DNA of 64,000 bases from contig JAGIQG010000009.1 in the NCBI GenBank assembly GCA_024679065.1, forward strand, positions 62,000,001-62,064,000. The letters are read 5' to 3'. The notes under the pieces are model-generated. The model did not search any database and was not told the origin of the DNA. It worked only from the letters and a program-made list of their open reading frames with translations. Origin of the DNA: Sphyrna mokarran. Lineage: Eukaryota. A program made the position numbers and the translations under genes. Positions 1 to 12,054 of this stretch are shown here, piece after piece (the first letter of the stretch is position 1; each line of letters begins with the position of its first letter).

Positions 1-460
1 GGAACATCCATGAAAAGGCCCGTCCTTGTTAAACAAAGATAGCAAGGCCCAGATTCAGATGCAATGATTGATCTCAATTTGGGCATCCTGAGTTCATTCC
101 ATCTTTTGGTCTCAGTGCTCCTAAAGATCTATCTCTTTTTCATGAGATCTACTTGTTTTGACCCACTATGGAGGAATTGAGCATTGTTTTCAGTATGTGT
201 AGTGCATAGTCTGACGTCCCATTAGGACTATCCTGACGTGGAAAGCAGTGCCAAACATTCAGTTACGTGGGTTGAGGCCAGAAGATTTGGCATATTTTCC
301 CCACGGGCCTCTGCACAATGCGAGACATTCCACATTCCCACCCTGTCAGGGGATGGAGTCACCAGATGTGAGAATTCTTCTATCCAGTGCTACAGAGCCA
401 AAAATGTTGGCTTAAACCTTCATCTAAAAGACCAAGGCCTTGTCTTACCTCTTGGACACT
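1..460 (-). pseudogene. Pseudo-exon: class C 7TM TM3-ICL2-TM4-ECL2-TM5 remnant, interrupted by a MITE
   Basis: KTRPWSFR*RFKPTFLAL*HW has the spacing of GABA-B2 [40 protein letters not shown] resembles the EHC...W...YKG motif of ECL2/TM5. Acceptor-like tttttttAG near 460. Confidence 0.5.
288..385. mobile_element. Short MITE-like element (GGC..ATTTTCC / GAGAATTC termini) inside the pseudo-exon
   Basis: Imperfect terminal inverted repeats matching the family that recurs through the window. Confidence 0.45.
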
Positions 461-659
461 AAAAAAAATTTACAATAGTGGGGTTTTTCTCCTGTGTCCT
501 GCTCAACATGTGGTAAAATACGTTTGTTAAAAACCTTTGACCTTCCTGAAAGTAGGATTCTCTAGTACTGCAGCAGTGAACGGAGTTTTGGCAAAGCACC
601 AAATTCTCCATTCCCACTGGCAGCAGACGAGGTTGTGAATGAGAACGGAGAATCCTGCC

Positions 660-815
660 TCCTTGTCTTGCCATTGATCACAATGCTTGTTGTGGGATCT
701 TGCTGTGTGAAAATGGCTGCCACATTTCCCTGCGTACAAACAGTCACTACACCACAATGATTGAAATGCTTCTGTGAAATGTGCTTTGGGACATGATGAG
801 ATTGAATAAGGCTAT
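660..815 (+). mobile_element. Deu-domain SINE 3' remnant (SacSINE1/AmnSINE-like)
   Basis: ttgtgggatcttgctgtgtgaaaatggctgccacatttcc...gctttgggacat matches the Deu-SINE core and tail as I recall them. Confidence 0.6.
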
Positions 816-929
816 GTTCATTCCCACTAGCACAGGAAGACTGAAAATATTGTAGAGCTAAGTTTTTAAACCTTAAGAGCTATAAAAATACATGGCAGTC
901 TGCTGAACCATTTCTATATTTATTACAGT

Positions 930-1720
930 CAAAAGGAGTTCCAAAGTTTCAGCAACAGAGGCCCTTGAGCAAAAGTCCCCTTATTTAAGTATACATGATC
1001 AAAGCTTTTGTCACAGGCATTACACCCCTATAAATGACTGCTGGCCTTTAGCATGCTTGGGAAGGCTCAAGGGAGAATATAGTGTCTCTGGGCCATTTAA
1101 GAAAATTCAGAAGAGCAAGTTTTCTCGCTAGTGATTGTTAGTAACTTTACAGTCAGCTGATGTGGATGTGTGTGTACTAAAGGAAATAGCAATGAGATTC
1201 ATCATTTACATGATGTGACCAATTAAGTCACTTGGGACTTTTTATTTAATAAAGGCCTGGCCAATCAATGTTGAGAGAATAAGCAGTTACTGTACTGAAC
1301 TCGATGACACTGCGTTCACATTCTTCGTTCATTCCTGAATGAGCATTTCTGAACTCATTCACCCCTATGGTGTTCACGAGATATGGATCTTTCACACTAC
1401 AGACAATGGGACCAGAGTAGTATTCGGTGCAGTGTTCAAAGGATAACTTAAGCCCCTTTTTTAAAAAAATAACTGACTGTAGTAGTGACAATTTGCAACT
1501 GGAATATTAAACTCATGATTTCACATCCACGTTGTGGATAAAAGGAGAGACTTGGAAACTGAGGATAAGTTTTTTTTTGTCATTTGCAGGACAAATTAAA
1601 AGCAAACACATGCTGCCTAACTATCTGTGCTGAGTCTCGACATAGGTGATCAGAACTGAATTAAGCTGCTTCAACAACCTGATTGTAGTGCTTCTTTGTT
1701 GATGAGGCTATTTTCCACTG
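930..1720 (-). pseudogene. Pseudo-exon: end of Venus-flytrap domain through TM1-ICL1-TM2
   Basis: Open frame 1491-1246 LKLSFEHCTEYYSGPIVC...NTIGVNEFRN...LNIDWPG; KVPSD after a frameshift (1241-1227); MLKASSHL (1054-1031, cf. IKMSSP); ALIMYT. The 5' boundary is uncertain. Confidence 0.65.
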
Positions 1721-1807
1721 TGGTCTCAGTATTTTGTCTACCCATTTCCCAAATACTGTTAGTACCCTAACTAAAATATTACTTGTTTAATTCCTTTGGT
1801 TTTTTAA

Positions 1808-2328
1808 AAATAAGTGAATTATATCTTGAGTGCTTCATTTATAAAGACTCCTTGCTGATGAGAAATGTGGTTTCAGATTGAACAAGATATAAATGTAGGG
1901 TGGGATTTTCTACCCACTTCACTCCACGCTATGTATTTTCCAGTAATGGTCGTGGCTCAACTTTGGTGGCATTCAGCAGGCTGCTGAGGTCCAAGCTATT
2001 TTGCATAGCTTATCTATCTTATGTGTTCCCTTCACTCACATTGTTAGCCGCTTTAAGACTTGAATAGCAGGTTAGGTGTAAGGATTCGCATTCTAATCAG
2101 CAATCTGTAAACTGTCTGTGCTGATATGTGTGCTATTGCAGACCAGAACACTGCATTTGCCTGACGAAGACGAAAGTCAAAAGCTCGCAGATTTACTATC
2201 AAATAAATCGGTTGGACTTAAAATTGGTGTTGCCAGATTCTTACTGAGTTTATCCATCCTACATCAGGGAAACTGCCATGGGGTGGGGGGAGCGGTTGTT
2301 ATCTTTGGCAGCACCAGAAAATCCTGCC
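1808..2328 (+). repeat. Copy 1 of local duplication (unique flank plus MITE), carrying a Penelope insertion
   Basis: Aligns by eye to 3165-3462 on both sides of the 2022-2249 insert. Confidence 0.8.
2022..2249 (+). mobile_element. Penelope-like terminal fragment with hammerhead core
   Basis: ctgacgaa-gac-gaaa-gtc-aaaagct followed by aaataaatcggttggacttaaaattggtgttg, the same tail as at 29.2 and 54.6 kb. Confidence 0.7.
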
Positions 2329-3164
2329 TGTAGGGACAAGGGCAAAAGGTTCACTCAAGTATTGCAGGGATGCTTGGCTCATTTTGTACCTTTTTGAGGC
2401 GAGATGGCCAAGGGCAAAGAGAGTGGTAGGGGGAGGGGTTGTGAACTCTCTGCTGAAAAGTTCAATAATTATAATTTGAATTTTAGAAAAAAAACACACA
2501 GCATCCTAAAGATAATTTTTAGGAAATAAATTTTCAGGGAGAAATTTGGCAGATCCTTTAGCAGAAACATGGCTGAGCCTCATGTTCACTTATTAATTTG
2601 CTTGCTGAAAGGTAGAAATGAAAGCACTCGTGTTCTTTGCTAACACAAATATATCATCGTTATAAAAATTCAACCTTTGATTTCTCAACTCACTGAAAAC
2701 AAAGAGATAAGCAAGAGATCCCAGCAGATGTTACGTAGTAGGGTCTGGTAATGAAGGTTACTCCTTCACCAAGCTAATGGCCCCAAATAATTTTGATTGA
2801 AAGGGGTCAACATTCTGGAGGAACAAGCAAGAAGTTGTTAATTCCATCCAATAGCTGATGGAGTTTGCTGGTAACATACAAACAGAATTGATCAATTTTC
2901 TTAATCAGTGGTTTTGTTTAAAAGTCAATAATTTATTGTCTGGTGATCATTTTAATTGTATGTAGAAAGGATTGGCAAGTAGCAACATTAAGATTTGTTT
3001 TCTCATATGCTTATTAGATTGTAGTTTCAAACAGTAACATTCCAGAAGAAGCAAATGACAAGATGTTGGAGGAATTCTTGAGGCTTGTAACTAACATGAA
3101 GAGATTTAATTAAAACTTATGCCTTTTGTTTAAAAGATAGATTATTATCGATAATGAAGGAATT

Positions 3165-3462
3165 AAATAAATGAACAATATCTTGTAAGTGCTGCATTTA
3201 TAAAAGCTCCTTGCCAATAAGAATTTCTAGTTTCAGATGGAACAAGAATAATGTACAGAAGTAGGGTGGGATTTTCCACCCCCTTTACCCCGCTCTCAAT
3301 ATTTTCTGGTGACGGAGGTGGCTCAACTTTGGCCAATGATGGGATCCTCCAGTCCTGTTGCCTCTATGCCATTTTGCATGGCTCACCCATCCTACATCAA
3401 GAAAACTGCTATAGGATGCAGGAGCTGGGGTTGCCTTTGGTGGCAGCAGCAGAAGATACTGC
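3165..3462 (+). repeat. Copy 2 of local duplication (empty site)
   Basis: atatcttgtaagtgctgcatttataaaagctccttgc...agggtgggattttcc...ccatcctacatca matches copy 1. Confidence 0.8.
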
Positions 3463-4312
3463 TAGAGGGAATGTGCATTGATCTTGGCTTCACTAATGTC
3501 ACGTTCCAGGATCAAATAAAATAAATACAACATTAATAACCAACTTAGACAATCCTTTTTCACAAATGTAGCAGTGTGAGAGACTTGGACTGTAAGAGAG
3601 GTGTAAGCTACTGTACTATCGCACCCATGTAAGATTTGCTTTGTAAAACTCTTGATCTGTATTGCTGTCAAGGCAGTGTTATATAGTGCCATGGACAGAT
3701 TTATGCATTTCGTTGCCCATTATCAGCATGTTTTCATGAGGTGAATATTTTCTTATGCTCAAAAGTTAAATAATTCCAGCAGCAAGCTTTTCGAGAGCTT
3801 AAAAATAAAAGGGTATTTATTATTATCCACCTAGCCTGAATTTGGCACAACATCACACTCACTAATCCTACATAAAGATTAGATATAGATAGTGGAATAA
3901 TCAGCTTATGAATATCTTAGTCTCTTTCGTGACAGTTTTGAGCTTTCTTGGATGAAGTTAAGTTCTTGGTAAAGCAAATGATTATCAGTAAGCTGTTAGA
4001 TTTCCTCTAGGTAGATTTCCAAGAGGTTGGATCACAGGTGATTCTAAAGTTGGAACAGACTAAGGATTCTGTCTCTTTGTCAGAATCTCCCACTTTCAAG
4101 ATATTGCTGTTTTAAATGGCTTACAGCTAGTTTGAACTTTCTGTATGCAAGCAGCTTTTTGCTGGTTTTAAAACCAACAACAAAATGGTTCCCTTATCAT
4201 GTGATTTACTGAAGTTCAAAGTACTTCCCCCCCCCCCCCCCCCCCAAACAAAGCAGGGTGTGTATGATGATTCTAAAAGTCTTGTGTTGTTATTTGACAA
4301 CTTGAAATTCAC

Positions 4313-4495
4313 TCAGCCTAATTTGAGTTGGGAAACCATCATGATAGAATAGAAGGTTGATTAGATCCATTTTCATTCATCTTAGCCCACATTCATCTGT
4401 GTAAAAGCTAGGTCTGATGATGCAAAAGTTGAAGATCTTGCTGGTGTTATCACAATCTCAGATCTTTCTCGCTGGTGACATCATCAAGTTTGTGC
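4313..4495 (-). pseudogene. Candidate VFT pseudo-exon
   Basis: Acceptor cattacAG then (A)HKLDDVTSEK, weakly like AYKLGMT of GABA-B-type VFTs. Contains stops. Confidence 0.3.
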
Positions 4496-5554
4496 CTGTA
4501 ATGAATGTGAACTTGTTTTACATGAATGTCAATATATTTCCATATCCTTGCCCTTTCACCAGATAATGAGCCCCCCGCTGTACTGATACCATGCCAGGGT
4601 GAAAAATATAATCCCCAACGGAGAGGGACATGGCCAGGCAGTGCCCCTAGCACAGGTTGTTGTCATGCTGATACCAACCTGAAAGTGCCAACTTGTGTCA
4701 AGGGGCAAGTCCATTGGGAGCCCCATGGGGGAGAAGGGAATGATGTTAGTTGAGAGTGGACAGAGAAGTAGGGGAAGCTGGTGGTGGTAGGGGTAGGAGA
4801 AATGATACCAGCTCCAACTGTGAGGAATGGATGAGAGAAGGAACTCATGATCAGATGGGGGGCATGAAGAAGAGTACCAACTTCAATTGGCATGGGAAAG
4901 GGAGCCCCTGAGACCTCAATGGTGGATTGGACTAAAGTTTCATATATGTTTTGATCAGGCACCCTTTAAAGGTGGTACACCAATCTCAGTGCAGCTGGAT
5001 TTTGCCATGTTCAGACCCCACCCCCTGCTTGATGACATGAAATATTTCCCCACCCCACAAACCCATTTTTTTTAAGGCAGAGTGTTGGTTTTCTTACAAT
5101 CTGTTTCTGTGGAGAGAAACACACCAGTTTCCTTGCCAGAAAGAACATTTTTTATTTTGGTAAGATCCATGTACAACACCACCATCCTCCCCCCACCCCC
5201 CGCTCTTCTGGCACCTCCACTGAGTTTCCGTGTTTCCTTTTGTCCAGGGTGTAACAGTGTCAGGTTAGCTTAACTTCACTGATCCATCCTTAAACAAAGG
5301 AAAATGTACATTCTCTGAATAACTATGAACATCCACATTTAACTAGATATTCACTTGTGACCTAATGCAGTCTGATGTTCACAATGCCCAAGGCTGTACA
5401 ATTTGCAGCAGCCATTTTAATAGAATTCTTGTCCAGCTTTTAAATGCATTGACTGAAAGTTCATTATGAACTAGGACATGACAATAGCTGCATTTTACTT
5501 TTAAACCACCAACATCTATAGAACAGTGTGAATATGTGCAGTATGTACTCTTTG

Positions 5555-5680
5555 ATGCAGTACTGAAGGAATGCTACATTGTCAAAGTTGGCCTTTTCCC
5601 CAAAAAGTGTCTAAACTATGGGTGTATTTCCCTGTTTAGCTAGAAGCAAAATATCTTATGACATTACTGGAAGCTATTTA
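5555..5680 (+). mobile_element. Deu-domain SINE fragment
   Basis: gcagtactgaaggaatgctacattgtcaaag motif. Confidence 0.4.
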
Positions 5681-5744
5681 TTTGCGTTTTATATATTTTC
5701 AGTTACACTTTTTCATCTGAATTATTTTCTGGGGCATGTTACAA

Positions 5745-6183
5745 TGTAGATTTGAAATATGCTTCATTTTGAGTAGTTGAGGCAAACGGCCTGAAATTGT
5801 GAATGCTTTTTCGCAACACCATTGCGTTCCTTTATCATGAAGTTAATACTAGGGTGGGAATATTCCTTTGAGTGATTGTGAATGATATTATATATTTTGA
5901 TAATGTTTCCAGTGAATCTAGCGACTGCATTGATAGTGACGGGTCTTCATGTATTACACGAGCATTTGATTTATTTGTGTTAATTGGCAATTTCTTCCAT
6001 CAGTTTATTTTCCTGTGATTCAGATGATAGAAGCTGATTTTAAAAGCAGCAAGTTCTCCTAGTTTCTCAAAGGATGGTATTTGTCAATAATTCGTCAGGT
6101 CCCAACCCAGTAGTATCATACCACGACCTCTGTCCATTAAATAATGGGCATCGTAAGTGTAGTAACACAAACATAACATTCAC
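5745..6183 (-). pseudogene. VFT pseudo-exon (central part of domain)
   Basis: Acceptor ttttcgtatAG; DLTNY*QIPSF...WKKL...VIHEDPSLSMQSLDSLETLSKYIISF...MIKERN parallels GABA-B LSNRQRFPTF...WKKIATIQ...LKRQDAR. Confidence 0.5.
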
Positions 6184-6340
6184 CTATACGAAAAATCTTA
6201 AACTGAACATGAAGCAAAATTCTTCAACAGTGGTACTATTCAAAGCATTTTGCAGCTTCAGTTTGTCAGTGATGGATGATACAGTAAATGATGAGTCTGG
6301 GAGACTTCTGATCTGGAATATTAATCCTTTTGAATACTCT

Positions 6341-6597
6341 AGAATTCTAAGATCCTACAGTGCAGAGGCCATTTAGCCCATTGAGTCTGCACCAACCACA
6401 ATCCCAATCCCCATAACCCCAAGCATTTACTCTAACTAGTCCTTCTGACACTAAGGGGCAATTTAGCATGGCCAGTCCACCCAATCTGCACATGTTTGGG
6501 CTGTGGGAAGAAACCAGAATGCCCAGAAGAAACCCACGTAGATGGGGAGAATGCGAAAACTCCACACACAGTGACCCAAGTTGGGAATTGATCCCAG
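6341..6597 (-). mobile_element. HE1-like V-SINE
   Basis: Typical core ggggcaatttagcatggcc...cctgcacat-tttggactgtggga...ctccacacag. Confidence 0.9.
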
Positions 6598-6939
6598 CTG
6601 ATTCTGATAATGACTTTTTTTTTCTCTACTGCGCATTGAAATTGCAGCTCAACCACAATATGAATCTCTATCAAAAAAAAAATCTAGCTTTGTACATATT
6701 GCCAATTAACACTTACTAATCAAATCCTATCTTAAAAACGAGACTCCCTTTTATCAAAGGAGCTCATAAACTGTATAATTCACTAGGAACATTCTCACCA
6801 AGAGTTATGATATCATTCGCAATCGTTTAATAACAAGAATACCTTCTACCCCTTCATTAACTTCCTCACAAAAGAACAATTACCTTTTTTTTTAAAAAGA
6901 AAGAATAAACAATCTAGCATTAACTTGAACAAAACTTTC

Positions 6940-7308
6940 AAAACTATTGCTGTAATGTGCCTCAAAAAATAAGAGCCATCCAATAATGAATGGATATAAT
7001 GGGAATTAAATGACTTTAAAATAGATTTTCAGCAAGTACTTAGTGGGCACAGGGCAGCCCAGTGGCATCCATCACTGGCTTGCAAATACAAGATTAAATT
7101 GCATGCAAAGTCTTGTAAGTCTGCCAGAAAGCTCTTATGTGTGCAGTGTACAGTAATTACCAACATTACCTCCAATAAATGTGATATGATAACATCAGGA
7201 CTTGATGAAGGTTTTAAACATTCCATCCAATTCCATGGCCATTTTCAAAAGATCTGACACAAAGACACTTTTAAACAAGGTATCAAATGGTCCTCCCAGA
7301 AGTACAAC
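6940..7308 (-). pseudogene. VFT N-terminal pseudo-exon
   Basis: After gtctAG: VVLLGGPF...LLKMAMEL, then FLADLQDFACNLILYLQASDGC...FIIG, resembling YIGALFP...VEMALEDVN...ILPDYELKLIHHDSKC. Confidence 0.45.
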
Positions 7309-7984
7309 CTAGACTCAATCTTTCATGCTGCATGTGCCCTTTCTTTGTGTCTAAATTCTCCTGTCTCAGCATCATCTCCATACTGCCTGGGTTTTCAAAA
7401 ACCCAGGCTCAGCAAACTTCAACCCATATCAATTATAGACAATTGTTTGAAAATATGTACTGAAAAATTAACCTGTGCTTCCAGCTACTTAACAAGCAAT
7501 GCATAATTAATTATGTCGTAGTGATAACTGTTAAATCAAAATTTCTAAGAAAAACTAAATTTAAGCAAATTGCCAGAACTAATATATTTGTTTCATTATT
7601 CTCTTCTAAGAAGTTTTTAGACAAGCAACCAACATTGGAACAGACAATGAATTGACTTTAAAAGTGGTTATGACCTAATATGTCTGTGGAACTTAGTGCT
7701 CCCCTGATACAACAGCAGAAAACAAAACTGATGACTTTACTACTACACTCAAAGCTATAAAATGCTTACTTAGAGACAATTCTCAGAGCTTTCAGACATT
7801 GCTTATTCATCATTGTCATTTCATTAGCACGCATGAGGTTTTCATACAATAAACCACATCATCGTCTTTAATCAGACTGAATGCCAGGAGATGGGACAAG
7901 ATTTTTTTTTAAAAGGAGAGATACTTTCTATGCAGTCACAGTTCAAGGGCCTAGAATCTCACTGAGGATGACTAGGCTAAAGCA

Positions 7985-8540
7985 GCTGTTTGCACACTTG
8001 CCTTTGAGTCTGAAGTGTTGGACTTGAACCCTGCAGCCATTTGAGCTCGTAATCAAAATTGACACTTGGAATGCTGCAGTTGCTGATTTTCGGATAATAT
8101 GTTACATCACGACCCTGTCTTCTAGTGAGAATTAAAAGATCCCACACCACTTCTGGAAGGAGAGCAGGAACCTTCTCCCCGTGTCCTGAGAGATTGCTTC
8201 CTTTGCTAAAATCACAAAAGACAGTCAGTTTAAAGTTTAGTTCATTTATTAGTGTCACAAGTAGGCTTGCATTAACACTGCAATTAAGTCACTATGAAAA
8301 CCACACAGACACGGGGATAGTGTGCAGACTCCACAGACAGTGACTTGAATCTGGAATCGAACTTGGGTCCCTGGCACTGTGAGGTCTCAGTGCTAACCAC
8401 TGTGCCACCCAATCAACTGATCATGGACGTGTTTGTTTATGGGACACAGTAACATGCAGTTTGGCTGCTGCAAATGGCTGCATAATAACAGTGATTGTGG
8501 AGTGTTTGAGATATCCGGTTGTGTCGAAATGAGGCACTTC
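7985..8540 (+). mobile_element. Deu-domain SINE split by a younger SINE
   Basis: aaaagatcccac...gaaggagagcagga...ttctccccgtgtcctg; resumes after 8411. Confidence 0.65.
8228..8411 (-). mobile_element. HE1-related V-SINE (alternative tail), internally deleted
   Basis: tttattagtgtcacaagtaggctt tail; gtgctaaccactgtgccacc head. Confidence 0.85.
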
Positions 8541-8544
8541 CTCT

Positions 8545-8712
8545 AATCTTCTGTAATGAGTAGAAATAGTGAGAGAAATCTGAAAGTCTCTCCTGTGGCT
8601 GCGGGACAGTTGGAGCTTTCAAAATTGGGATCGATTGAATTTAAGTAGAAAAGGAATTGAGGGATGCTAAGTAATTATATAAGTTGCAGTGTAGATCAGC
8701 CATCGTTATTTG
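8545..8712 (+). mobile_element. CR1-type LINE 3' remnant
   Basis: Degenerate CR1 3' end (ggaattgagggat...gatcagccat). Confidence 0.5.
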
Positions 8713-9022
8713 AATCCCTACAGTGCAGAAGGAGGCCATTTGACCCATCGACTCTGCACCAACCACAATCCCAACGAGGCCCCATTCCCATTATGCTACT
8801 TAATTATCCTGCTAATCCTCCAGACACTAAGGAGCTGTTCAGCATAGCCAAGCCAGCTAACCTAGACATCTTTGGAATGTGGGAGGAAACCAGAGCACCC
8901 GGAGGAGACCCACGCAGATATGGGAAGGACTTGCAAACTCCACACACAGTGACCCGAGGCCAGAATTGAACCCAGGTCCCTGGTGCTGTGAGGAAGCAGT
9001 GCTAACCACTGTGCTACCATGC
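8713..9022 (-). mobile_element. HE1-like V-SINE
   Basis: Near full-length core, tail and tRNA-derived head. Confidence 0.9.
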
Positions 9023-9999
9023 TAGTCTTATCCCTACTTGTTTCTATGATTGTAATGCTGAAGAGATAGCTAATATAAAATGGTTCAAATACCCTAAAGC
9101 AATACGAGGATAAGAATAATTCAGATAATCCAATAAGATGATGGTGTTCATTTTAACAGGAAAAATTTGGTAAGTAGGATGATCATATTTTTACCCATGT
9201 GTGTAGTTGGTAACATAGCTAGAAAGAAACAGAGTTGATAAAGCAGTGCATTGCTGATCTAAAATTGGAAAGAAATGATTTGCACCTAGTTTATAATAGT
9301 TTGGTCAGTATGATCTAAACTAATCAAAGAGATGTCACAAGAGAAATAATTTACGGTGTAAAGAGAAGCAAAGAAACCGGGTGTATGTGATGATCTTCTC
9401 TTAAAATAACTCTTCATTATCTGACAGACATAATTATTCAGTGACAGAACAGCAGACACCGCGACAACAATATCTATTTAACTTGCTGCAAAAATCACAG
9501 GCACCAATTTGATCAGATATCTAAGTGAGGACTGCAGACCCTGTCATCCTATTACGAGGCTTGTGTCCTTCTACTCTGTTGTCCTAATAATGGTATTTAA
9601 ATTACAGACTTGCAGATGTTTCGCAGTCACAATAAAACCTCAGCATATTCTCCAGTCTCTCATTACAGTCTGTCTGTGCAGCAACAACCCTCTCATCTTC
9701 TTTTCAAGCTCCTCAGCTGCCTTCAACGAATAAAATATCCAAGGTATCTCAGTGGAATGGAAACTTTAATTTTTTTTTCTCTTTGAGCCAATATCACAGC
9801 GCTGCATAAGTCTTATTTCAATTGCAGGCAAGTTATTTTACATTTCCTTTGAAGGGGTCTGAGGAATTTTTTTTAAAAAAACGAACCCACTTGCATCTTT
9901 CCGAAATATTGCTTGTGAATTTCCCCGTGGCATAGATTTAAAATTATATAGGTCAGTAAGCAATTTTTCAGCTTCCAACAGCGATGGAGCCTTCTAGAA

Positions 10000-10002
<3 letters not shown>

Positions 10003-10031
<29 letters not shown>
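10003..10031. repeat. (CT)n microsatellite
   Basis: Pure TC dinucleotide run. Confidence 0.95.
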
Positions 10032-10034
<3 letters not shown>

Positions 10035-10393
10035 CCCATTCCCTCTGTTAAAGTGTCTGATCCTTCACTTTGGCTTAGGTTCAAACCCTACACATAACCA
10101 GATAGGAGTACCAGTCTCCTGTTAATGCAAAAGGATTTGTTTCTTTTACTGTCTCCCTCCTCCAAATAGACTTGGTCTCTGTATTTCCTTCTTCTTTTAA
10201 TTTCATATAGTTATGTCACTGCCAACTTATTCATCCTTCCAAAAGGATTTCACTTCATTCTCTCCTTTTCAGCAGTGACCATCTCTTCCACCTTTATTTG
10301 TCCATTTCCCAAGTAACAGCAGTGTCTAAATAAAAAGCATTGCAGAATTAGTGCATCAGAAATAAGCCGCATGCGCACACCTATTTTCCTTAC

Positions 10394-11851
10394 CTTTTCC
10401 TCACTTATCTATTGTAATTTTCTCATTCTGTATTCCTTCTTGTAGCTCTGTTTCACCTTCTCTTCTGTTTATTTCTGCAATCTGCTTGCTCACCCACTTT
10501 TTGCAGTTTTTCCCAGTCAAGGTGTCTGTGCAAGTTGCACGGAAAAAGCTGTTTAAAAATTGGGTGATCCATAGTCTTATTGGAAAGATGCTCACAGAAC
10601 ATTAAACATTGAGCTGGGATATGAACAAACTCCAGCAAATAGTTTTCTTTGTAAGCTTGAGGAGACAGGAGGAGGAAGGCAGGCAAAATATGACTCTTGA
10701 CCAGTTCTACAGCTGAAGCTGTGACGACTCCTCGAAATTTTAGTCTTTGGATGCCAAAGAACAAAAGTAATGCATACTTTGCCCTGTTACTTCCTAGGAG
10801 AATGTATATTCTGGAGTCCAGGATGGCCAAAGGCCCAGTAGGATATGCTATCCTTCTTGTAGAAGGGTGGAGTGTTCCAGAGAAAGAGAGGATTGAATCA
10901 ACTTTATATGCAACATGATGCATTTTTGTTTTATCCGGCACTCAATGAGGAAGTGTAATGGTGGCTGTGTCCTTGTGAAATGTATTTTGCCTTCACGTAA
11001 CTGAATAAAAATCTATGACTCGTGAAGGAATTTCTTTTTAGGTTTAGGAATTCATTGCTTATGTGAATAATGTGACTAATGAAAGTGTCACAAAATGAAA
11101 AATAGGGGGAAAACACTATAAAGAATAAAACTGGGTAGATAGTCTACAATTAAGACATTGTCATAATAGGGGAGAATTTTTTAAGATTATACAGTCTTCT
11201 ACAGTCCCTGAAATTCAAAAGCTTTATAGTTTTGTGAAAGTTGGATTGGGAATTGTTTGGCTGGATAGAGTTTGGAGATGACACAATTTTCATTATAGGA
11301 GTGGCAACTTGCAGTCTTAGAGCTCCTGTATGAAACCTTGAAACAATTAGCAATATCCACATTTCGTACCATTGTCAGAATAGTGTCCTTCATCCAGTTT
11401 TAATTCTCCTCCATGCTGCAGAAGCACAGTCATTTAAGTTCTGGTATTCTGGAGCGATGCTGGTCCCATCGGCAACTCAATTCCTTGTGCGTTGAACTTA
11501 ATAATTCCCTCCAATCCTCTGCTCAACATAATGATTTTCTTCAAAGCCACAGTTCCTTCCAGGAATGGAAGTACTTGAGAGAAATCAAAACTACTGATGG
11601 CACTTGCTAGAGTTTTCCTGGTGAACATTGAATCTCCATTTTAGACCAACATTTAGCACCATATCAACAATTTGGTGGGAAATCTTTATTTGGAGTGAAT
11701 TTAGCGGGAAGTACTTTGATGGGGATTGTGCTATCTCTTTTTAAAAATGAGCTTGTTTCTCAGTAAATTCAGGGTGGCAATGGTTTGTTTTATTTCTGCC
11801 CTTCCATAACTTGATTAAGGATATTAAATTGAAGAGGCCATGGCTAATCAT
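10394..11851 (-). pseudogene. Large pseudo-exon region: CUB-like, C-type lectin-like, LDLa-like
   Basis: Acceptor aatttcAG at 11852 and donor AG|gtaagg at 10393. CUB-like TPNKDFPPNC..CWSKMEIQCSPG/ISSFDF/NCGFEENHYVE/FKVSY. CLECT-like FLWNTPPF..SYWAFGHPG..KVCIT..FSC..SYFAC. LDLa-like LFPC..LDWEKL..GEQADC. Confidence 0.55.
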
Positions 11852-12054
11852 CTGAAATTCCAGTTAATAGATTCTAATGGCAAAACATGTAAGCGATATG
11901 CACACAACATGCAATTGGGTGGATTTCTCTCATTTAGTACGTTTGTTCCTTGAAAAAAAATATCAACACATGACTAATTTATCCAAAATTTCCTTTAGAA
12001 CACTAACAGATGGGTATTGTGTCCTTGATGCAAGTCTAATGGAACTATAATGAG

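Noticed and set aside
5745-6183. In-frame TGA codons as selenocysteine or readthrough
   Set aside because: TAA/TAG stops and frameshifts are also common in the remnants and no SECIS was seen. CpG decay (CGA to TGA) is the simpler explanation.
9450-9720. Additional LDLa-like pseudo-exon (DCNE...RFYCD), and a possible VFT piece at 2690-2870
   Set aside because: Positions fit the fossil gene but the motif evidence is too weak to call by eye.
10453-10941. Longest ORF (162 aa) as an intact gene
   Set aside because: Starts at GTG, shows no coherent domain along its length, and the lectin-like motif lies in another frame containing stops. Treated as part of a pseudo-exon.
11540-11690. LRR N-cap reading of the pseudo-exon
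   Set aside because: No repeated LxxLxLxxN units follow; a CUB-like reading fits the downstream motifs better, though it is unverified.
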